Made by a program: the position numbers and the translations under genes
Notes under the pieces: generated by a model
The model's database searches: none
What the model saw: the letters and a program-made list of their open reading frames with translations, nothing else
What the model was told of the DNA's origin: nothing
Source of the DNA: Tubulanus polymorphus
Lineage: Eukaryota > Animalia > Nemertea
DNA: 64,000 nt
Direction of reading: 5' to 3'
Assembly (NCBI RefSeq): GCF_964204645.1
Contig: NW_027437436.1
Span: 1 to 64,000, forward strand
Part shown: positions 55,596 to 64,000 of the stretch, one piece after another
How the letters are laid out: each line of letters starts with the position of its first letter
Numbering within the stretch: the first letter of the stretch is position 1

Positions 55596-57629
55596 AAATT
55601 ATAGGTTATTGCACGGTTGAATTCGAAGCGCGTTAACGCCGAGATTTCCACCGTGCAATAACATACTTAATACGTGGCTCTGAACCAAAACAGATGCTTC
55701 TAACAATCTGATGATATGATCATGAAATGGTATCAAATAAATCAGCTGCAAGCACAAAGATTGTTCACACTTACTTTTATCCCGTTCTGTAGAATGTTTG
55801 TTCCCGATTAATTTCTTCGAACTTGACTCCGATAAAACCGATTCTACAATTATATGAGTGAAATAACACAGAAGCCCGATGGTACTAAGTCCCAAGTGGG
55901 CTCAATGGGTCCAGGGACACCACGCCAACTTAGGAAGTGGCATGGAATGCACAACAATCATAAAATCCTAACATTCAATGCCGTTGGTGATCGTATAAAG
56001 AAGTGAATGACCTAGAAACTCACCACACTGTCTCAAAATTGTGTTATGAGCTACAATCCTGCAATTGACTGGTATAAGTTGAGGTCGTACAGTTGTATGA
56101 ATCATGATCTAGATGTAGACGACCTTGAATGACCTTGAAACTCGATCAGGACGATCGGGGAAAATGTAAAGTTGCCTATATCGGATGGCTCAGGATCACC
56201 TTTACAATTCTCATTTCGGATATATCAGTTCTCAATTCATATTGAACCGCCGTTCCAGCATCAACATCGGCGGTCGATTCAACCGATTCCAGCAATCCGA
56301 TGAGGGCCGTTGAGGGTCCCCAGCGTGTTTTGGCATGGGCTTGTCGGGTTTGGGGAAGTGTCAAATTTTAAACAATCTGGTAATATACCGCATAAAAACA
56401 ATAACTCATATCTATCTGCTAGCAAATGCTATCATCCACAACACTCACACGTCATTATGTATGTGCTACTGCAGTATGTTTTTTTTTTCTCATTGGTTTT
56501 TAATAGCAGGTGTGTTTCTGTTTTTGACAACAATTAATGTTTTAACTAAACATCTTTCCTTTCCCGTACGATTGCCAATATGTTTGTAAATCATTCCCAG
56601 TTTTGATGGGACAAGAAAACAAGGTGTCAATGGGCACTGTTAGATTCAGCGCAGAAGTTATTGAATTGAAGGAGCTAATCATATCCATCCACCATACTAG
56701 ACCATACATTGGTTTAGTAAGGTACTCTATCAGCATATACTTGACATAAAAGGAAGTGCATGTTATAAAAGTATAAGGTAATTAGATTTTAAATAACAAA
56801 CAGTTGTTTATACAAGGAAGAGAAGGTAAAAGCATAACGCATTTTAAGTAGGCCTAATAGATTTTGAAATTAAAAACATGTAATTATCATAAATCATAAG
56901 CCTCCTAATAAGATAATAAGGTTTCGTTAAATCAAAAGCATCTCAGATGTCATATTTAAATTTTTGTTGTTGAAGCTGAAATCAAATCTAGCTGTATCAG
57001 GAAATGAGAAAGTATCCTAAGTTCCATACAAACTCTGCTACCCTGCTACGTAACCGTCTCATCATACATCTTAGCGTCAAGCAGTAGCGCGAAAGAGACG
57101 CAGAAGTCACCAAGACGAATCCACGCAATGACAGGATCGTAGCAGTAAGCCATTATGCGTTCGATTTCAAGTATATACTACACAATATTGGTCGACTTGT
57201 ATGGTGTTTTTAATGCGAATTTAAGTGTTTAAAATTCATCTGCATATCGATACAAACGTTTGTTTCGTTAAGATAACCCAAAATATTTCCAAACAAATCT
57301 TTTTCTATTAAGAGAATATCCTTTATCTAAAGATAAACGGCTCCGCTGATTTTGGTGAGCTTCACTTGTAACTAAAACGAGGGCTCTATCATCACAGCTG
57401 CACAGTAAATACTGCAAACTACGCCGCGCATCGACATGAAATTTTCAGCACAGCACATGAAAAATCCTCGTCAATTTTATTTCTTCTTTTGTAGTTTTCT
57501 TATTGAAGAATTTGATATAATGTATCAGTATATAAAAAGCCTGCTTGTAAATTCGACAGCAAATGTTGTACAATGCCGCTCATATTGATTGTGTCTACTT
57601 TATAGATCAAGATGACGTCACACTACATC

Positions 57630-58035
57630 AGTAATAGGGGTAATAGGCTTTCATACCAAAGGTCGAACGGTCGAGCCCATTAAAAAACAAAATATTAAAA
57701 GTAATTAAAAAACTATAATATATTTTCATAACCGCGTGCATTTTATATCAAAACTAAATATTTATTATAAGATATCAATAATATAAAAAGCATATTGTAT
57801 TAAATCAATTGGTCGCTCCACTTCGCTACCGCTCCGCTCCGCGACCAATTGATTTAATTACAATACACAAATTCAAATAATCAAATATATTCAAATGATA
57901 ATAATTATTCTATTATTCAACTGAAATGCACGCGGTTATGAAAATATATTATAGTTTTTTAATTACTTTTAATATATGTTATTAATGAACTCGATCATTA
58001 AACCTTTGATATGAAAGCCTATTACCCCTATTACT
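57630..58035. repeat. 406-bp terminal imperfect palindrome of element 3
   Basis: Outer arms about 57630-57742 / 57924-58035; inner 18-bp stem 57799-57816 / 57841-57858. Confidence 0.92.
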
Positions 58036-58117
58036 CTTAAAATATTCATATATATATGAATAACATTTAAATCATTGAACTTCTAAAATCAATTTTAATA
58101 AAAAATATAGCATTAAA

Positions 58118-58354
58118 ATGGAAGCAAATAAGTACTACTGCCCAACATGTAATATCGATATAGATAAATCTCAAAAAGCAAGACACAATAAAACTATAAC
58201 ACATTTAGAGAATAAATTGAAACTAGAATATTTACAGTTATATTCAGAACAGTTAACAAAGGGAAAGAAATTCATAGAATTATGGAATAATGATCCAAAT
58301 AATAAACAATATGTTGAGGATACGATGTTTATACTAGAACATGATTCTATTTGA
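58118..58354 (+). pseudogene. Chimeric ORF: pPolB-type first zinc finger fused to an HNH-gene tail
   Basis: The N-terminal half matches 6039 onward (MEANK.YYCPT..SQKARHNKT); the C-terminal half LQLYSEQL..KKFIELWN matches the end of 60457-60720. Confidence 0.7.
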
Positions 58355-58885
58355 GCCTATATACATTCAATGTATAGAGCTATAGAATAAATCTATAAAT
58401 TCACAGCTGTTACAGTTGTTACTATAACGACGAGACATTATGACTCATAATATTACAAACTGTGCTGGAACTCTGAATAGAGATGACACATCATAATCAG
58501 AAACGTGTAGAATATTCTAGAAAGGCGCGCCGGAACTAGATGATGTGGTATAATCAACGACGTGTCATTCTAGAAATCGCCCCGGAAATGGACATACGCT
58601 GTAATATTGTGCTCAGGATATTCTATCTTTCGAAACGAAATTAGGAGTTTATAGTTTACAATTATAAATCTAAATGTAAGTACTGTTTGTTGTAGTTATT
58701 AAGGCTATTAAATATGAAACCTTTAAGTGCTTTTGACAACTACAACTTTATACAGTTAATTCTATTTTACGTTAGATAGATAATAACTTGAACTATAATA
58801 AGTTATAATAATTAGAAACGATAGACTTGAAAATATTTATATCATTTAATATCGCGGTTCCTGTTCTACCGCTGATATCTTTTAG

Positions 58886-59644
58886 TTGAATAAAATGTCG
58901 TGTGTATCAAGAAGTACTCTTGATTCTCAGAGGACAACCGAAATGGAAGATGAACCAACCGAAATGGAAGATGAACCAACCGAAATGGAAGATGAACCAA
59001 CCGAAATGGGTGTTGAAGTAAAAGAATCTTTCGATATAGAAGATGAAACGTTAGAAGAAGTTAAAAAACATTTATATTACCATCAAGAAATGACATTAAT
59101 TTTAGAAAAAATTATAGAAAACCAGCAATCAAGCGTAACATCATTACCAAAAAAGCCAACAACCAATGTAGAAATATTGTTAAGACTAAAAGGAACAAAA
59201 ATTAAAAAGAAAATGAGCGGAAATGAGTTAAATGAGTTTTTTAAATCAAAATTATCAATTGAAAAAGATGTAAGTTTTAAAGAAATAGAAGGTATAACAT
59301 CATTTAATGAAATAACTGTTTTATTGAAAAAAAAATATAGAACCTTGTTATTCAAAAAAGCAAAGCATTTATGGGATTATATCATTTTCGGGGATTGTTT
59401 AAATAGGGGATTTTTAATGTTTAATAAACAAACTGCGGGGATTCCTTGGGCTTCTTGGGTTAAAAAATATATAGGTATCAGTGTTGGGCATGAAAGAAAA
59501 TTAAGGAGCGTAGGGAGATTAATTACATATAAAAGATTCAAATTATTAAGTTTGTCATTTAGTGAAGTAATCAGATATATGCCAGAAATTGAAAAAATGC
59601 TTGTCAATGATCCAGAAATTGAAAAGTTCTGGTTGGAATTATAA
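58886..59644 (+). CDS. Hypothetical cargo protein with (TEMEDEP)x3 repeat
   Basis: Intact ORF of about 250 aa; 21-bp tandem repeat at about 58936-59008; helical C-terminal domain. Confidence 0.65.
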   Translation: MNKMSCVSRSTLDSQRTTEMEDEPTEMEDEPTEMEDEPTEMGVEVKESFDIEDETLEEVKKHLYYHQEMTLILEKIIENQQSSVTSLPKKPTTNVEILLRLKGTKIKKKMSGNELNEFFKSKLSIEKDVSFKEIEGITSFNEITVLLKKKYRTLLFKKAKHLWDYIIFGDCLNRGFLMFNKQTAGIPWASWVKKYIGISVGHERKLRSVGRLITYKRFKLLSLSFSEVIRYMPEIEKMLVNDPEIEKFWLEL

Positions 59645-59945
59645 ATCAAATTATGTACAACGACTGAACAACTTGTATAATGTATTGTGTAAATCTGTTT
59701 GGTGAATTTTTATGTTCGGTCGTTTCTATTTCTAGAATGAATATATAATTATGATTAGCGCATGCGCATTGATCAAAAGCGCGCACGAATGCGCGCTTTT
59801 GCCCAGTGGTATTATTTAGATATCAGGAAATCGAAACTGACTTATCAAAAGCAGCGAGGAATGAAAAAGGATGACGTTGGTTGGTTGAAGAAATGGAAGA
59901 GGATTATAAAATGTTAATCAATTTTAATAAAAATATATATTATAA

Positions 59946-60720
59946 ATGGAGGAACAATCACAAGCTATAAATATAAACAATGATGGTGTAATAAATATAT
60001 GCTATAAGAAATGTAATAAGTGTGAATTGAATAAATCATTAACAGAATTTCATAATCATAAAAAAACTAAAGATGGTAAAAGTTGTTATTGCAAAACTTG
60101 TTATAAACTATATAATAAACAATATCAAGCAAATAATCCAAATTATTCAACACAATATTATATGGATAATATTGAAAAATTCAAAGTTAGAAATAAACAA
60201 TGGAGAGAAAATCACTCAGATTATATAACAGAATATATGAGAGAATGGAGGGATAATAATAGAGAATATTATAAAGCGTATCAAAATAATTATCAAAATG
60301 AAAAATATCAAACAGATTTTAATTACAAATTGAAAAAATGTTTAAGATCTAAAGTATCAAAATTATTCAGTAAAGAAAACCACTCAGTTACACTAACACA
60401 TTTATTGGATTGTTCAGATAAATTTTTTAAATCATGATATAGAATATAATGATAAAATGAATATAAATAATTATGGCAATTATTTTCAAAAAGACCATGT
60501 TTTACCAGTTTCAAAATTTAACATGAATGATGAATACAATAAAAAGTTAATTTGGAATTGGAAGAATTTAAGACCTCTTGAAAAGAAGGAAAATATGATT
60601 AAACATGACAAACTAGATTTACAGTTATATTTAGAACAGTTAATAAAAGTAAAGAAATTTATTGAATTATGGAATTCAACACATAATGAACAATACGTTG
60701 AGTCTTTAATGAGTGGTTAA
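59946..60720 (+). pseudogene. HNH-type endonuclease with N-terminal zinc finger, one in-frame stop
   Basis: CNKC..EF..KDG..YCKTC, a Tyr-rich helix, DHVLPVSKF..WKNLRPL..EN; TGA at 60435-60437 in frame. Confidence 0.8.
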
Positions 60721-60944
60721 AGAATAATATATCTCAAATAAAATATAATAAAAATTACATACCTTCAACTATCTACCATTTCTATTATATTTTTAATATT
60801 TTCTTTTCAAAAGAGAATACTTTATATCACAAATAAAAAATACTTAAAAAACAATAACTAATACTAGAATTCTTTAACTTTAACTATCTAGTATCATTTG
60901 AAGAATACTTATAATATTTTTCTTATTAAATTTCTCTAATATAA

Positions 60945-61547
60945 ATGTCAAAGAAATCTAATAAGAATAGTATTGATATTGAAAAAACATTCGATGATTT
61001 GGGTATAAGTGATAATAAAGATACAGTTGTAACTAATTCTATTCAAGTTAATAACAATATAGATTATGAATACTACTTATATTGTAAGCATCATCTTGAA
61101 TTATTAATTGCTGGCGGGAAATCTAAGGACTTCTTAGGAAAAATAATAACTTTTCAAGAACTAGACTCTATGAAACCCGATAAAGTAATAAAATATTTTA
61201 AGATTTATGAAGAGTCAAGATTAGCTAGAATAAATGATTCTATTTCAGATGGTATTGTCAAATGTTATTCAAAATTATGTAACCAGTTAATACCAATTGA
61301 TGATGAAAATAAATTATATAATGATTTGAAAAATGATTATTTAGTTATGACTGAATTACAAAAATGGGTTGGATATGCTTCATTTCAATTAGGATCGGTT
61401 ATGACGTTGATTTCTACTGGAGTTATAACATTTTCGAACATCAAACCTATGGAATATAAATCAGGTAAGAACGAAACAGATATACTACAACAAAACATCG
61501 AAACAGAAAATGAATCAGAACAAAAATTAACTAAAATAAATGAGTGA
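60945..61547 (+). CDS. Conserved hypothetical protein (element 3)
   Basis: Intact 200 aa; paralogue at 52236-52773. Confidence 0.75.
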   Translation: MSKKSNKNSIDIEKTFDDLGISDNKDTVVTNSIQVNNNIDYEYYLYCKHHLELLIAGGKSKDFLGKIITFQELDSMKPDKVIKYFKIYEESRLARINDSISDGIVKCYSKLCNQLIPIDDENKLYNDLKNDYLVMTELQKWVGYASFQLGSVMTLISTGVITFSNIKPMEYKSGKNETDILQQNIETENESEQKLTKINE

Positions 61548-61899
61548 TGGAGTTAAGAAAAAGGCTAGATCCGAGAAACAAATTAAATGGGCAAGAGAAT
61601 TAGGTAAAAGATCATCAGAATTAAAAAAAGCTAAGAAAAAGAAATTAACTGATATAAATGAATCTGATATTGATTCAAATAATAATCCATCTAATTCTTC
61701 TAATGCTGGAAGTAATTATAAATTATATATTACAATTGGATTAGTAACAGTTATTATATTATCCGGTGTAATATATAAATCAAAATTCAAATCTGATGAT
61801 AAAGATGATTCCAATGACAATCGGAAACATATTATACCAGAAAATAAGTCAAATCATAAAGTCATTGAAAATAAATCTAAAATATTATTAATGGATTAA
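61540..61899 (+). CDS. Basic protein with one TM segment (element 3)
   Basis: 119 aa; Lys-rich N-terminus; LYITIGLVTVIILSGVIY. Confidence 0.7.
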   Translation: MSDGVKKKARSEKQIKWARELGKRSSELKKAKKKKLTDINESDIDSNNNPSNSSNAGSNYKLYITIGLVTVIILSGVIYKSKFKSDDKDDSNDNRKHIIPENKSNHKVIENKSKILLMD

Positions 61900-61902
61900 A
61901 AT

Positions 61903-62991
61903 ATGATGAAAAAAGAACAATATTTAAGAGAGTTATATTATAACCCAGAAAGTGAAGTATCATATTCAAGTGTTTCGGAATTATGGGATAAAATTAAATC
62001 TGATAAAGAAAAAATAAAATATAGTGAATTAAAATCATGGTTACAAAATCAACCAACATATCAAATTCATAAAAAGATGGATAAAAAATATTTAACAAGA
62101 AAAGTAATGGTTTCATATATTGACCAACAATGGCAAGCAGATTTAATTGACATGAAAAACTTAGAAGAATATAACAAAGGATATTTCTGGATACTGAATG
62201 TTATAGATATATTCAGTAGATACGCATGGAGTATCCCGATTAAAAATAAAACTGGTATAGAAGTAACAAATGCTTTTAAATCTATATTTAAAGAAGCTAT
62301 CCCAGATAAGATACAATTTGATGAAGGTAAAGAATTTTATAACAAACATTTTAAAAAACTATTAACTGATAACGATGTAGAATATTTTTCAACACATTCA
62401 GATAAAAAAGCATCTGTTATAGAAAGATTTAATAAAACATTGAAAACTAGAATGTGGAAATATTTCACCGCTAATGAAACATATAAATATATCGATGTGT
62501 TAGATGATTTAGTTAAAGGTTATAATAATTCTAAACATAGTTCTATAAATATGAAACCTATACAAGTTAGAAAAGAAGAAAATTCAGAAATAGTTTGGAA
62601 TAATTTATATGGAGCATTTGTTACACACGATTTTGGAGAACCTAAATTTAAAATAGGACAACATGTTAGAATTTCTAAATATCGAAAAACATTTTATAAA
62701 GGTTATACCCCTAATTTTACAGAAGAAATATTTAAAATTAAAAAGATAATATTAACTAAACCATTTGTTTATAAATTGTTTGATTTAAAAGATGAAGAAA
62801 TATTAGGTTATTTTTATGAACAAGAATTATCATTAGTACCAAATCCAGATGAAATAGAATACAAAATAGAAAAGGTATTGAAAACAAAAACTCTTAAAGG
62901 AAAAAAGTATTCTTTGGTCAAATATAAAGGATATGATGATAAATTTAATGAATGGATTTTATCTAGTAAAATTAAAAGAATAAATGAATAA
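61903..62991 (+). CDS. rve integrase with chromodomain, intact
   Basis: WQADLID, IDIFSRY, QFDEGKEF, IERFNKTLK; C-terminal chromodomain. Confidence 0.95.
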   Translation: MMKKEQYLRELYYNPESEVSYSSVSELWDKIKSDKEKIKYSELKSWLQNQPTYQIHKKMDKKYLTRKVMVSYIDQQWQADLIDMKNLEEYNKGYFWILNVIDIFSRYAWSIPIKNKTGIEVTNAFKSIFKEAIPDKIQFDEGKEFYNKHFKKLLTDNDVEYFSTHSDKKASVIERFNKTLKTRMWKYFTANETYKYIDVLDDLVKGYNNSKHSSINMKPIQVRKEENSEIVWNNLYGAFVTHDFGEPKFKIGQHVRISKYRKTFYKGYTPNFTEEIFKIKKIILTKPFVYKLFDLKDEEILGYFYEQELSLVPNPDEIEYKIEKVLKTKTLKGKKYSLVKYKGYDDKFNEWILSSKIKRINE

Positions 62992-63598
62992 AGATTTATT
63001 TATATTTGAACCACATAATATGTTAATAACTGGAGTTACAAACTGCGGTAAAACACACTTCATATTAGACTTGTTAGAAACTATTTATAAAAATCATTTT
63101 GATAATATAATATTATTCTGTCCTACTTATGAAATGAATGAAACGTATAATAGAGATATAGTTTTTAAAGATAAAAAGTTTATTATATTAAATTCTAAAA
63201 CAGTAAAAGAAAATTTAGATAATTGTATAAAAATTGCATTAGATATTTATAAAGGATCTAATACATTATTTATTATTGATGATTGCGCAAATTTACATGA
63301 TTCTAAAATTAGAGAAAGTGAGTTATGTTATTTAGCTTTCTCTGGTAGACATTTTGGGATAACAACTTGGGTTTTAAATCAGAAATATAATTCAATTGTG
63401 AAAGATTTTAGAGAGAATATAAGATTTCTAGTTTTATTCTACAACAAAGATAGAAAATCTATGCAACAATCATTGGAAGAAAATCAAATTATACCTACTG
63501 AATTACATGATGAATATATGAATAAATTAAAAAATAATAAAGGTTCAAAATTACTTATGAGATTACAATTTCCATATGAATATAAATTTATAAAATAA
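62984..63598 (+). CDS. A32/FtsK-like packaging ATPase, intact
   Basis: GVTNCGKT, FIIDD, GRH motifs. Confidence 0.93.
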   Translation: MNKDLFIFEPHNMLITGVTNCGKTHFILDLLETIYKNHFDNIILFCPTYEMNETYNRDIVFKDKKFIILNSKTVKENLDNCIKIALDIYKGSNTLFIIDDCANLHDSKIRESELCYLAFSGRHFGITTWVLNQKYNSIVKDFRENIRFLVLFYNKDRKSMQQSLEENQIIPTELHDEYMNKLKNNKGSKLLMRLQFPYEYKFIK

Positions 63599-63619
63599 CT
63601 ATTTGTATACCTATGTATT

Positions 63620-63685
63620 AGATACCCTAATACCTGATACCCTAATACCTGATACCCTAATACCTGATACCCTATTAGATACCTT
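63620..63685. repeat. 15-bp tandem repeat downstream of the ATPase
   Basis: (GATACCCTAATACCT)x3+. Confidence 0.85.
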
Positions 63686-63757
63686 AAATAATTTAATCCC
63701 CCTTTTTTATTTACTATTATTTTATACAATTTTCAACCTTTATTATTCGAGTTTTAG

Positions 63758-64000
63758 TTAATCAATTTCTGAATCACTTTCACTATAAGACGCTAACAAT
63801 TTATTTAAATGCTCTACCGAATCTTCTTCAATATCTTTATAATTTTTTTTCACCTTTTTCACCTTTTTTACCTTTTTCATATTTTTTACTAAATCATCAA
63901 TAGTTGTTTCATTTTTAAACTTATTCTTCCAATCAAATTTATTATTATTTTCTACTTTAAGTTTTATAGAATCTTTATTATCAATATGTTTAACTGTAAC
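63758..64000 (-). CDS. C-terminus of a convergent element 3 gene (partial)
   Basis: Open frame from the window edge to TAA at 63760-63758. Confidence 0.45.
   Translation of the reverse strand, partial: VTVKHIDNKDSIKLKVENNNKFDWKNKFKNETTIDDLVKNMKKVKKVKKVKKNYKDIEEDSVEHLNKLLASYSESDSEID

Larger units (their letters stand above)
57630..64000 (+). mobile_element. Element 3: left arm of another Polinton-like element, continuing beyond the window
   Basis: Begins AGTAATAGGGG..TTTCATACC; abrupt shift to AT-rich sequence; intact integrase and ATPase. Confidence 0.9.

Noticed and set aside
59774-59810. Helitron 3' end
   Set aside because: The hairpin is present, but there is no clear CTRR terminus or matching 5' TC end.

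Overview
Eukaryotic, intron-rich, AT-rich animal (invertebrate-like) genomic DNA; the species cannot be determined from the sequence alone. There are two host genes on the minus strand: a 12+-exon PLAT-lipoxygenase (403-17783, continuing beyond the window start) and an NLR (NACHT-LRR) immune receptor (main exon 27774-30508, with probable upstream exons out to about 54.1 kb). Three related Polinton/Maverick-type (polintovirus) endogenous elements are present. Element 1 (5505-11301) is a deleted derivative inside a lipoxygenase intron. Element 2 (36721-53346) is complete in structure, with 72-bp perfect TIRs, a 6-bp TSD CAGTTC, protein-primed PolB, penton, MCP, integrase and packaging ATPase, though partly pseudogenised. 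Element 3 is a left arm running from 57630 to the window end. The standout observation is a 355-aa LAGLIDADG-containing intein in the catalytic YxD|TD motif of the element 2 pPolB; by recall it resembles giant-virus PolB inteins. It occurs together with poxvirus-like TAAATG start motifs at almost every element gene and a large-DNA-virus-type HNH gene. Together these suggest a virophage-like lifestyle alongside a cytoplasmic large DNA virus (inference). Also present: fold-back termini on elements 1 and 3, two minimal hammerhead ribozyme motifs, and several satellites.
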